NCBI GenBank assembly: GCA_964586385.1
Contig: CAZPIM010000001.1
Span: 24,710-88,709 of the forward strand
Origin: an uncultured Anaerolineaceae bacterium
GTDB taxonomy: Bacteria > Chloroflexota > Anaerolineae > Anaerolineales > Anaerolineaceae
DNA length: 64,000 bases
Direction: 5' to 3'
Shown: positions 34,903 through 44,289 of the stretch, in pieces
Layout of the letters: each line of letters begins with the position of its first letter
Numbering within the stretch: position 1 is the first letter of the stretch
Made by a program: the position numbers and the translations under genes
The notes under the pieces: generated by a model
Told to the model about the DNA's origin: nothing
Database searches by the model: none
What the model saw: only the letters and a program-made list of their open reading frames with translations

Positions 34903-35766
34903 ATGATCAAAAAAGTGCTCATATTTGGACTTGCAATGGTTTTTTCTGCATGCAATTTGCCAACAACCAGCTCAAATTCCCCGGATTTAGTTGCGACGCA
35001 AGTATCTCAAATTTTGACACTTACACCACTTAGTCCTTCAATTACCACCGAAGAATCAGATATAGTCTCAACTTTGTCGTTTACAACAACACCTACACCA
35101 ACACCTGAATTAACCAACACGCCAACATTCACCCCCACTATAATCCTTACGAATACAAATACACCAATTCCAACGGATGCTTTGATACCTTCCGGTGACC
35201 CAACTTGGAAAGAAATTTTTGGGAATGGAACCAGTTTCGGAATTAACCCAGAAGGTTATGATGATGGAAACACAAAGATATTCGTTGAGGATGAAACATT
35301 AACATTAATTAGTATAAATAGTACTGGTTGGCGAGGGTGGAGATTAGCAAGTCAAAAACCTGTAAACTATTTTCTAAAAGCCGATTTTAAAATTGAAACT
35401 TGCTCAGGAAGCGACCAATACGGAATCATCACACAATCACCTGATTATGAAAATGGATATGGTTATTATTTTGGATTGACATGTGATGGAAGGTATAGCA
35501 TTCAAAAGTGGAACGAAAGCGGTCTTTCAAACCTTGATGGTTGGAGTTCTTCTTCAGAAATTTTGACAGGTGATGCAAAAGAAAACTCCGTTTCCATTTT
35601 GAAAACAGGTGAAAATTTCAAATTCTTCGTTAATAACGTGTTGGTTTCTCAGGTAAACGATAGTTACTTTAAAAATCCCGGATTTTTTGGTCCTTTCATT
35701 GCAGGAATTTCCACCCCTAACTTTACTGTTCGATTACAAGAAATTGCATACTGGGTAATCCAATAA
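34903..35766 (+). CDS. Predicted lipoprotein with a Thr/Pro-rich linker and a beta-rich C-terminal domain
   Basis: The start was moved to the ATG at 34903. The signal peptide has a lipobox (LAMVFSAC). The TTTPTPTPELTNTPTFTPT linker is followed by a C-terminal domain of unknown function. Confidence 0.6.
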   Translation: MIKKVLIFGLAMVFSACNLPTTSSNSPDLVATQVSQILTLTPLSPSITTEESDIVSTLSFTTTPTPTPELTNTPTFTPTIILTNTNTPIPTDALIPSGDPTWKEIFGNGTSFGINPEGYDDGNTKIFVEDETLTLISINSTGWRGWRLASQKPVNYFLKADFKIETCSGSDQYGIITQSPDYENGYGYYFGLTCDGRYSIQKWNESGLSNLDGWSSSSEILTGDAKENSVSILKTGENFKFFVNNVLVSQVNDSYFKNPGFFGPFIAGISTPNFTVRLQEIAYWVIQ

Positions 35767-35784
35767 ATTTCAGGAGCATCATAC

Positions 35785-36360
35785 ATGTTTCAGGCAAATA
35801 TTTCACAACAGCAAGTGATTGAGTATGCAAGGAGAAAATTCCTGGAGGATCCAGTTTATCTTGATACGGAAACAACGGGTTTGGAAAAAAGTGACGAAGT
35901 TGTTGAAATCGCTGTCATTGATAAAAATGGAAACATCCTCATTAATACATTAATTAAACCAAAATCGATTATCCCCGATTCCGCATCGGCGATCCATCAT
36001 ATCACCAACGAAATGGTAAAAGATTCCCCGGAATTTCCGGATATTTGGCCAAATATTCAGGAACTGATCAAAAACAGACCCATAGGCATGTATAACGCAG
36101 AATTTGATGTCAGATTAATAAAACAATCAATGGAAAAATATAACAAATTCATTCCACAAAAGAATATCGCTTTTGACATAATGAAAATATTTTCAGATTT
36201 CAGAGGGATTGTCGATCCCAGAAGAAAAGCAATGCGAAGATTCAGATTAGAAGAAGCCGGCCGATATTTTGGTATTCCGATGCCAAATAGCCATCGAGCC
36301 CTAGATGATACGAAGTTAACCCGAGCAGTCCTTCATGCACTTATCGGTGAAAAATACTAA
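35785..36360 (+). CDS. DEDDh 3'-5' exonuclease (DnaQ/epsilon-like)
   Basis: 191 aa. ExoI is VYLDTETTGL, ExoII is YNAEFDVRLI, and ExoIII is HRALDD. Confidence 0.8.
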   Translation: MFQANISQQQVIEYARRKFLEDPVYLDTETTGLEKSDEVVEIAVIDKNGNILINTLIKPKSIIPDSASAIHHITNEMVKDSPEFPDIWPNIQELIKNRPIGMYNAEFDVRLIKQSMEKYNKFIPQKNIAFDIMKIFSDFRGIVDPRRKAMRRFRLEEAGRYFGIPMPNSHRALDDTKLTRAVLHALIGEKY

Positions 36361-36641
36361 ACAAAACAAATCAGGTGATATCCAATAATTTCCAATAATT
36401 ATTGCCAATAGGAAGATTTGATGAACTTTTAATCTCCTCAATTGCGTGATTTATAACAATAATTCTTCATGAGTAAATATTTTTACAAATTGGTTACTTA
36501 AGTAAGGTAATTAGGAAATGTTAATTTAAAATACCAGAAATTAAACGACAACGATCCAATAATGTTTTGATAAGGAAAAAATAGCAATTTCAAATAGAAA
36601 AGTATAGAATTTAAGAATATCTGTTCCAGAAAGTAGTCTTG

Positions 36642-38744
36642 ATGAATTTTCTTGAAAATCAAGTTGAAGTTGCTAAGCAAGCCTTAATCAAAAATATCTT
36701 CCTGTCAGGACAGGCAGGAACCGGCAAATCAACCACTGCACTTGCCTATCTAAATTTATTGCGAAATGAAAAAATATCAGGTAACAGGATTCTCGTTCTG
36801 GTTCCCCAACGGTCATTAGGGATTTCGTATCAAAAATTTCTGGATGATTGTGGTGATTTTAATGGCGGTGTTGTAACAATTCAAACCCTGGGTGGTGTGG
36901 CACAAAGAATGATTCGCCTTTTTTGGCCTGTCATAGCACCTTTGACCAATTTTTCAAAAGCAAAGCATAAACCAATTTTTTTGACCCTGGAAACTGCTCA
37001 GTATTATTTAAATAAAGTGTGTGAACCATACTTTGAAAAAGGTTATTTTGAATCAATTCGGACAGAAAAACCACGAATTCTCTCGCAAATCTTAGATAAT
37101 TTGAATAAAGCTGCTGTTGTTGGCTTTTCACATGAAGAAATAGGAAACAGGCTTAAATCCGCCTGGTCTCAAGAACCAGGCCACGTGAATGCCTATGATC
37201 AGGCACAGGAAATTGCCTGCAAATTTCGTGAATTTTGCTTTGAGAACAATTTCCTGGATTTCTCGTTGCAAATCGAAATTTTTTCGCGTTTTCTATGGAC
37301 TTCTTTTCTTTGCAACGAATATTTAAAAGACCAATACGATTATTTGATTTATGAGAACATTGAAGAAGATGTCCCCATTTTTCATGACATCTTACTTGAT
37401 TGGTTACCAAAATTTACGGGTAGCTTGATCATTCGGGACGATAATGCCGGATTTCGGTCATTTTTAGGAGCAGATCCAGTCAGTGCACAAAGATTTGAAA
37501 AAACTTGTGACTTACAATTTCAATTTAAAGATCAATTAAATGAAACCCATGAAATGCAATTACTCAAAAACCTTTTTTCTACAGTATTTCAATACCATGC
37601 ATCTTATGAAACAAGCGTTGATATTCAATCTGTGCTCACTGTTTCGTTTAATTCCTATTATCCAGAAATGATTGAAAAAATAACTAACCAGATATCCGAT
37701 TTAATCAATGTTGGTGTCCCACCAGGGGAAATCGCAATACTTTCTCCATTTGTTAGTGACGTTCTTCGCTATCAAATACAAAATCAATTTAAAAAACACG
37801 GAATCGAAATATCTTCTCATCGGCCTTCAAGGAGTCTTCGGGAAGAACCATTGACACAGGTGTTATTGACCTGGGCAAAAATAGCGCATCCGGAATGGGA
37901 AATGCGACCATCGGCTTATGAATTGCGCTTTGCATTAATGCACACAATTCAGGAAATGGATCCAATTCGTGCTGATCTGTTAGTAAGGTTAATTTTTAAA
38001 CCTAGAAATGATTTCTGGATCGCTGATATCACACAAACAAAACTGGAATTTCAGGAAAGAATTACCCTCACACTTTGTCATAGATATCAATTCCTTTTGG
38101 AATGGCTTTCTAATGCAAAGGACGACGATTCACATCTGGATATTTTCATTTCAAGATTATTTGGTGAGGTTTTATCACAACATGGATTTGGGTTTTTCGA
38201 AAATTATTCTGCTGCTGAAATTACCTCAAGATTAATTGAATCGATTCAAAAATTTCGTAAGGTTGTATCAACCAATCTTGAATTTGATGCAAATCATTTA
38301 TCTAAAGAGTATATCCAAACAATCAATAAAGGGATTATTGCCGCTTTGTATCTGGAATCATGGGAACAATCAAATGAAAATGCCGTTTATTTATCACCGG
38401 CATACACATTTCTTATGCAGAATCGATCCGTAAAATACCAATTTTGGTTAGATATCGGCAGTATGGGCTGGTGGCAAAGATTATTACAACCATTGACACA
38501 ACCGTATGTTCTGAGCCGAAATTGGAAAACTGGGGAAAAATGGACAGATGTTAATGAGTTTGATAATAACCAGACAAATCTTTCGAAATTGATCCAGGGA
38601 TTATTAAATAGATGCAGTGATGGATTATATGTTCATTCGACTGGATACAATGAAAGTGGGAATGAAGAAAAAGGACCTTTATTAAAATCGATTCAAAGAA
38701 TTTTGCGAAATTCAAAAAAGCCGATGGAGATTAAAGATGTTTAA
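36642..38744 (+). CDS. AddB-like degenerate SF1 (UvrD-like) ATPase without a nuclease domain
   Basis: 700 aa from the ATG at 36642. Walker A is GQAGTGKST. The UvrD motif II and III positions are degenerate (YENIEED and DDNAGFRSFLGAD). No PD-(D/E)XK motif or Cys cluster is present. It overlaps the next gene by 8 nt. Confidence 0.65.
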   Translation: MNFLENQVEVAKQALIKNIFLSGQAGTGKSTTALAYLNLLRNEKISGNRILVLVPQRSLGISYQKFLDDCGDFNGGVVTIQTLGGVAQRMIRLFWPVIAPLTNFSKAKHKPIFLTLETAQYYLNKVCEPYFEKGYFESIRTEKPRILSQILDNLNKAAVVGFSHEEIGNRLKSAWSQEPGHVNAYDQAQEIACKFREFCFENNFLDFSLQIEIFSRFLWTSFLCNEYLKDQYDYLIYENIEEDVPIFHDILLDWLPKFTGSLIIRDDNAGFRSFLGADPVSAQRFEKTCDLQFQFKDQLNETHEMQLLKNLFSTVFQYHASYETSVDIQSVLTVSFNSYYPEMIEKITNQISDLINVGVPPGEIAILSPFVSDVLRYQIQNQFKKHGIEISSHRPSRSLREEPLTQVLLTWAKIAHPEWEMRPSAYELRFALMHTIQEMDPIRADLLVRLIFKPRNDFWIADITQTKLEFQERITLTLCHRYQFLLEWLSNAKDDDSHLDIFISRLFGEVLSQHGFGFFENYSAAEITSRLIESIQKFRKVVSTNLEFDANHLSKEYIQTINKGIIAALYLESWEQSNENAVYLSPAYTFLMQNRSVKYQFWLDIGSMGWWQRLLQPLTQPYVLSRNWKTGEKWTDVNEFDNNQTNLSKLIQGLLNRCSDGLYVHSTGYNESGNEEKGPLLKSIQRILRNSKKPMEIKDV

Positions 38745-40983
38745 TCCCAGACCCAGGCAGGTAGAAGTATTAAAGTATCGTCAGGGAAAAATGGGAGTTT
38801 CAGCTGTCCCGGGTTCCGGCAAGACCCATACGCTTTCATTTTTAGCTGCAAATTTAATTTCTGAAGGTTATATTAATGACGAACAGGAAATCCTGATTGT
38901 CACTCTGGTAAACTCTGCTGTAAATAATTTTTCAAACCGAATTTCATCATTTATGAAAGAATTCGGACTGCTACCTAATTTGGGGTATCGGGTATTGACA
39001 TTACATAGCCTCGCGAACCAAATCGTACGTGAGAGACCGGACCTGGTTGGAATCGATAATAATTTTCAAATAATTGATGAGAGAGAGACCAATCAAATTC
39101 TCAATTCTTCGGTAGAAAATTGGATTCACCGGAACCATGATTTAATAAATTCTTGGTCAAAGGAAAATTTTTCAATAACTAACCCAAAAATGAAATCTGC
39201 CTGGCGGGAAGCAATAATTACAATTGCAAAAAATTTTATCCGTCAGGCAAAGGATCTCCAATATTCGCCGCATAACATTCAAGAAAAACTTCATTTTTTA
39301 AATATTTCGGACCCTTTACTTAGTTTAGGCGTTGATATCTATCATGATTATCAACGAGCATTGAATTATCGCTCCGCAGTAGATTTTGACGACTTGATTC
39401 GATTCGCTTTAATTGCATTGAAAAGTGACCAGGAATTTTTAACGCGTTTACGATATCGATGGCCTTATATTTTAGAAGATGAAGCCCAGGATAGCAGCCT
39501 GCTCCAGGAGCAAATTCTCCAATTATTGTGTGGCAGTAATGGCAACTGGGTTAGAGTCGGGGATCCGAATCAAGCAATTTATGAAACCTTTACTACTGCC
39601 AGTCCCGAACACCTAAAAAATTTCTTACTCCAACCAGATGTGGTGGCAAAATCCTTGCCCAATTCTGGCCGATCAGCTTTATCAATTATTAATTTGGCGA
39701 ATGAATTGATACTTTGGTCAAATTCATTCCATCCGATTCCGGATTTACGAAATTCTTTATCAAAACCGCTCATTTTGCCTTCACCTGTTGGTGATCCCCA
39801 ACCTAATCCACCAGATAAACCCAACATAGTAACGCTGTATGATAAAAAAATGTCCGCCATCAAAGAATTAGAGACTGTTGCATTTTCGGCCAGGAAATGG
39901 TTGATCGAAAATCCGGATCAAACTGCCGCAATTCTGGTTCCAAGAAATGATCGTGGCGCAAAATTGGTTGAAATATTACAAAATAATAAAATCCCATATA
40001 TAGAAATGTTGCAATCCAGTCAATCTACAAGAGAAACTGCAAAGATTCTGGCTGAAATCCTTGGGTTCATTGAAAATCCCACTCAAATTTTAAATATCAC
40101 ACGCATATTTTTATCATTCGATAAAATTTTCTTCAATCTGGAAAAAAATGAGAGGGAAGAAATCGTTCGGCTATTGCGATCATGTAGCAATATCGAGGAA
40201 TTCCTTTATCCAAAACCTTTGAATGACTGGCTGGATCGAATCGCATTACTCTCCATAGAAACAAAGGAATTTGTTGTACCGATTCTGGAGAAATTCCGGA
40301 TTTACCTGAACAAATGGCAGGAAGGGGCTGATTTGCCGATTCACCAATTTTTAATTTCTGTTGGTCAGGATCTTTTCCAGGAACAAACCGAACTGGCATT
40401 AACTCATAAATTAGCTTTGATTTTGGAGCAACTAGCGCATAATCATCCGGATTGGCAATTACCAGACTTCGTAAAGGAATTGGATCTTATCTCAGATAAC
40501 CGAAGGAAAGTTCTTGGATTTACAGAAGAAGATACAGGTTTCAATCCGGATTTGCATAAAGGCAAAGTCGTGGTGGCTACATACCACAAAGCCAAAGGCC
40601 TCGAATGGGACAGGGTTTATTTGACTTCTGTAAATAATTATGATTTCCCATCAGCACAAAAAAGTGATGACTCAATCAGCGAAAAATATTTTTATCGAAC
40701 TCCCATTAATTTGGAGGCTGAGGCAGTTGCCAAATTAAAAGCATTAGTCAATGAAGATATAGAAGAACTTTATCTTGAATATGGATCTACTACGGAAAAA
40801 TCAAGACTTGATTATGCCTCTGAAAGATTAAGGTTATTCTATGTTGGAATAACCAGGGCAAAAAAGGAGTTAATCGTTACATGGAATACTGGTGACACAC
40901 ATCACAGTTCGTCCAATCCGCTAACCGCGTCTATCCCTTTCCTGGCATTACGCACATATTTGGAGACTAACATTCATGATTAA
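38737..40983 (+). CDS. UvrD/PcrA/AddA-like SF1 helicase without a nuclease domain
   Basis: 748 aa. Helicase motifs are intact: AVPGSGKTHT, ILEDEAQDS, VGDPNQAIY, ATYHKAKGLEWDRV and FYVGITRAKKEL. Confidence 0.85.
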   Translation: MFNPRPRQVEVLKYRQGKMGVSAVPGSGKTHTLSFLAANLISEGYINDEQEILIVTLVNSAVNNFSNRISSFMKEFGLLPNLGYRVLTLHSLANQIVRERPDLVGIDNNFQIIDERETNQILNSSVENWIHRNHDLINSWSKENFSITNPKMKSAWREAIITIAKNFIRQAKDLQYSPHNIQEKLHFLNISDPLLSLGVDIYHDYQRALNYRSAVDFDDLIRFALIALKSDQEFLTRLRYRWPYILEDEAQDSSLLQEQILQLLCGSNGNWVRVGDPNQAIYETFTTASPEHLKNFLLQPDVVAKSLPNSGRSALSIINLANELILWSNSFHPIPDLRNSLSKPLILPSPVGDPQPNPPDKPNIVTLYDKKMSAIKELETVAFSARKWLIENPDQTAAILVPRNDRGAKLVEILQNNKIPYIEMLQSSQSTRETAKILAEILGFIENPTQILNITRIFLSFDKIFFNLEKNEREEIVRLLRSCSNIEEFLYPKPLNDWLDRIALLSIETKEFVVPILEKFRIYLNKWQEGADLPIHQFLISVGQDLFQEQTELALTHKLALILEQLAHNHPDWQLPDFVKELDLISDNRRKVLGFTEEDTGFNPDLHKGKVVVATYHKAKGLEWDRVYLTSVNNYDFPSAQKSDDSISEKYFYRTPINLEAEAVAKLKALVNEDIEELYLEYGSTTEKSRLDYASERLRLFYVGITRAKKELIVTWNTGDTHHSSSNPLTASIPFLALRTYLETNIHD

Positions 40984-41800
40984 TCTTAATCATTTTATAT
41001 TTAGTGCATACAAACTGCAGGATTATCTTGATTGCGAAAGACGGTTTGAATTAAAACACATTTTAAAACAATCCTGGCCAGCCATTCAATCGGAACCGGT
41101 CCAACTACTTGAGCAACAAATGCAAATAGGTGAACAATTTCACTTGTTAGCCCAACAATTTTTTACAAATATTCCTGAAGAATTGGTAGAAAAACAAATC
41201 GAAAATGATCAACTTGCCAGCTGGTGGAAAGATTTTCAAAATTTTTCACGCGTTTATTTGACCGAACCTCATTTTGCTGAATATAAAATCGGATATAAAC
41301 TAAACGAATTCCGCCTGACAGCGATTTATGATTTATTAGTGATGGAAAATAATAGAAAATTTAAGATTATTGATTGGAAAACCAATAAAAATAAACCGAA
41401 AAGCCATCAGATCAAACAAACAGTTCAATCCAGACTATATCCTTCAATTTTGGCACTAAATGGAGAGAATTTCCCCAAAACCAATCGTATCGACCCTGAG
41501 CAAATTGAAATGATTTATTGGTTCGCTAATTTTCCTGATCAACCGGAAATTATTCAATATTCAAGTTATCAACTTCAGGAAGATCTTGATTTCATAAAGT
41601 CTTTAATAAATCAAATATCTTCCAAAAATATAGGTGAGTTTTTAAAAACTGACCATACGCAATTATGCAATTTCTGCAAGTATCGATCTCTTTGTGAACG
41701 GGGAATTTCCGCAGGGTCGGTTGATGAATTGGATGAAGAAATTTGGCAGGAACAAATAATCGATATAGATTTTTCACAAATTGGAGAAATTGAATTTTAA
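40976..41800 (+). CDS. Stand-alone RecB/AddB/Cas4-type PD-(D/E)XK nuclease with Fe-S cluster cysteines
   Basis: 274 aa. It has an N-terminal Cys (YLDCERRF), the nuclease motifs IYDLL and KIIDWKT, QSRLY, and the C-terminal cluster CNFCKYRSLC (CX2CX5C). Confidence 0.8.
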   Translation: MINLNHFIFSAYKLQDYLDCERRFELKHILKQSWPAIQSEPVQLLEQQMQIGEQFHLLAQQFFTNIPEELVEKQIENDQLASWWKDFQNFSRVYLTEPHFAEYKIGYKLNEFRLTAIYDLLVMENNRKFKIIDWKTNKNKPKSHQIKQTVQSRLYPSILALNGENFPKTNRIDPEQIEMIYWFANFPDQPEIIQYSSYQLQEDLDFIKSLINQISSKNIGEFLKTDHTQLCNFCKYRSLCERGISAGSVDELDEEIWQEQIIDIDFSQIGEIEF

Positions 41801-44127
41801 TGGTTGCGCAAAAGGAATGGACAAGAAAACAATTTCCAAAAATTCCAAAGGAATTTGAAGAAAATTTTCCAAATAAATGGGTGCAACAACGATTCGTTGA
41901 ATTAAATATCCAAAACTTGGATTCCGCAAAAGCATTTATTGACCCAGATTTGTTTCAACCAAGAGACCCGCGAGAATTGCCTGATCTCGAAAAAGCAGCC
42001 ATAAGAATTCAAAATGCGATCCTTGAACATGAATCCATTGGTATTTGGGGAGATTTTGATGTCGATGGGCAAACATCAACAACGCTTTTGGTACAAGCAT
42101 TAAGACTTCTGGGTGCCAATCCACAATACCACATTCCTAATCGTGATAAGGAATCACACGGGATTCGGTTGCAAAATCTAAAAGAATTTTTGATTAATCC
42201 AATCAGTTTATTGATAACATGCGACACAGGCATTAGTGAAAATGATTCGATCGCTTTTTGCAATCAGAATGGAATCGATGTAGTCATCACGGATCACCAT
42301 GCGCTACCATCCTTTCTGCCGGATGCGTTTGCCATTGTAAATCCACAAAGGTTACAGGATGACCACCCACTCAAATCGTTAGCCGGAGTTGGTACAGCCT
42401 ATAAATTAATTGAGTATTTATACAAACTCTTTAATAAAGAATCTGATTTACATTTATTTGTCGATCTTGTAGCTTTGGGAACCATAGCAGATGTCGCCGT
42501 ATTAAGCCCGGAGAACCATTTCCTGGTTCAAATTGGAATTGAAAAAATCAGATCTGGAAATCGGTTGCTGATTAAAGAAATTCTCCAAAAAAAAGAAATA
42601 AATTCTGAATTTTTTAATGAAACCAGCATTTCCTTTGTCATTGCTCCATTATTTAATGCTTTAGGAAGATTGGATGATGCAGAACAAATTGTTGAATATT
42701 TCCTTTCAACAAATAATCAGGAAACGAGAATTTTTGCAAACATCCTTGATAATTTAAACGAAAAAAGAAAATTAATTACGGAACAAATAACTGATGCAAC
42801 GCTGGCATTAATCAGAAAAGAAAGATCTGAATCCGGAAATTCGATCGTTTTGCATCACCCGGATTGGCACCCAGGCGTTTTAGGAATTGTAGCTAATCGT
42901 CTTGTGGAGTTATTTAATAAACCGGTCATATTATTAACTGGAAATCCAGATCAACTAATTCGGGGGTCTGGGAGATCGACTGATGGTGTAAATATCATTG
43001 AAGCTATACGAAATTCCAGCCAATTATTGACTCATTTCGGTGGTCATACGATGGCAGCCGGGTTATCGCTTCCTTTTGAAAATTTAGAAGTCTTCAAAAA
43101 AGAATTCGAAAAGTCAGTTCAACATCAACTTTCCGAAAAAAAAATTTCACTAGACTTTATGGTTGATGGATTTATTGACTTCAACCAGATCTCGTTAGAT
43201 TTCGTTAAAGAACTGGAAATATTATCACCATTTGGATCCGGAAATCCACGTTTTATTTTTGCATGTAAAAATGTGAATATCGCCAGGACAGCAATTTTTG
43301 GGAAAAATAAACAACACCTAAAATTTTTTACAACTGATGAAAACAATTATCCAGTGGAATTATTGTGGTGGCAGGGTGCTAACCAATCTATACCCGATAC
43401 AAGCATTGATATTGCATTCCGTCCTGGTAAATCAGTCAATAAAGGGCAGGAGCAATTACAGCTCGAGATCGTTAAAATTCGTCCGTCAGAAAATGCTTAT
43501 GAAAAAATCAAGTCCGACAGTAAGCAATTGGAAATTTTTGACTTAAGACCGGAAAAACAAATAAATCTCGAAAAATTAATTAAAATCCCAAATAGTTTTA
43601 TTTGGGCAGAAGGATTGGAAAACAAAGAACTGCTTCCATTCAATCATCGAATTGATCTACATCCGGCTGAGAATCTAATCATTTACACTTGCCCGCCGAG
43701 CTTAGTTGAAATTGCAAAAGTTTGGAAATCGGTTAATCCAAAAAAACTTTATCTTTGCAGTGTAATACCAGAAAATAATACGATTAATTCACTTGTTTTA
43801 AAAGTTTCCGGAATGATCAACCTGGCAATCAGTCAACGATCAGGCATTTTTGATTTGGATCGTGTGGCTGCGTCGACTGGACACCGTACGAAAACAATCC
43901 GTGCTTTATTAAATTATCTTCAAGCGAAAGGTAAAATATCAATCAAAGAACATCCTGACACAAGCTTAATAATTGTTTTTAACGGGTCGGAAGATAAACA
44001 AATGGCTTTACTGTATGAAAATCAACTACGTTTTCTTTTCCAGGAGACAATATATTTCCAAAAATGGTATCAAAAAATAAATTCAGCGCAATTAATGGAT
44101 GAGGTTGTAGATCTTTTTTCGAGATAA
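41800..44127 (+). CDS. recJ: Single-stranded-DNA-specific 5'-3' exonuclease RecJ (long form)
   Basis: 775 aa. DHH motifs are GIWGDFDVDGQTS, ITCDTG and VVITDHH. The DHHA1 motif is GGHTMAAG. Its ATG shares one nucleotide with the upstream stop (TAATG). Confidence 0.9.
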   Translation: MVAQKEWTRKQFPKIPKEFEENFPNKWVQQRFVELNIQNLDSAKAFIDPDLFQPRDPRELPDLEKAAIRIQNAILEHESIGIWGDFDVDGQTSTTLLVQALRLLGANPQYHIPNRDKESHGIRLQNLKEFLINPISLLITCDTGISENDSIAFCNQNGIDVVITDHHALPSFLPDAFAIVNPQRLQDDHPLKSLAGVGTAYKLIEYLYKLFNKESDLHLFVDLVALGTIADVAVLSPENHFLVQIGIEKIRSGNRLLIKEILQKKEINSEFFNETSISFVIAPLFNALGRLDDAEQIVEYFLSTNNQETRIFANILDNLNEKRKLITEQITDATLALIRKERSESGNSIVLHHPDWHPGVLGIVANRLVELFNKPVILLTGNPDQLIRGSGRSTDGVNIIEAIRNSSQLLTHFGGHTMAAGLSLPFENLEVFKKEFEKSVQHQLSEKKISLDFMVDGFIDFNQISLDFVKELEILSPFGSGNPRFIFACKNVNIARTAIFGKNKQHLKFFTTDENNYPVELLWWQGANQSIPDTSIDIAFRPGKSVNKGQEQLQLEIVKIRPSENAYEKIKSDSKQLEIFDLRPEKQINLEKLIKIPNSFIWAEGLENKELLPFNHRIDLHPAENLIIYTCPPSLVEIAKVWKSVNPKKLYLCSVIPENNTINSLVLKVSGMINLAISQRSGIFDLDRVAASTGHRTKTIRALLNYLQAKGKISIKEHPDTSLIIVFNGSEDKQMALLYENQLRFLFQETIYFQKWYQKINSAQLMDEVVDLFSR

Positions 44128-44224
44128 ATCAATTATCCGGATTACATTATGAAAAATCACCTCGCAAATTCTTATTTTTTATGATAGTATTGGTACGTTT
44201 TAGGCAGCAACATCGTGTTGCTAT

Positions 44225-44280
44225 CTTTCCGCTCTCAGCTCATATTAAAGGTGTCTGAGGGCAATCCCGTGGAAAGGAGG
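44225..44280 (+). promoter_or_regulatory. Candidate rpsF (S6:S18-binding) autoregulatory leader structure
   Basis: The outer stem pairs CTTTCC (44225-44230) with GGAAAG (44271-44276). The inner stem pairs GCTCTCAG (44231-44238) with CTGAGGGC (44255-44262) and includes one G-U pair. The 3'-side asymmetric bulge AATCCCGT (44263-44270) contains CCG. The outer stem occludes part of the SD AGGAGG (44275-44280). Confidence 0.45.
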
Positions 44281-44289
44281 ATTACACTC

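Noticed and set aside
35080-35175. Repetitive ACA/CCA-rich DNA here and at about 45900-46080 could be tandem repeats or a degenerate array.
   Set aside because: These stretches are in-frame Thr/Pro-rich linkers (TPTPTP...) inside a lipoprotein and the PrsA-like PPIase. They are not non-coding repeats or CRISPR-like structures.
36642-41800. The helicase/ATPase/nuclease trio as a known defence system (Gabija, Hachiman and similar).
   Set aside because: The ATPase has no OLD/TOPRIM domain, so it is not GajA. The nuclease has AddB/Cas4-type Fe-S cysteines rather than a HamA-like layout. Coupling to recJ, and flanking by housekeeping genes (rpsF-ssb-rpsR), points to DNA repair. A defence role is left as an alternative in the finding.
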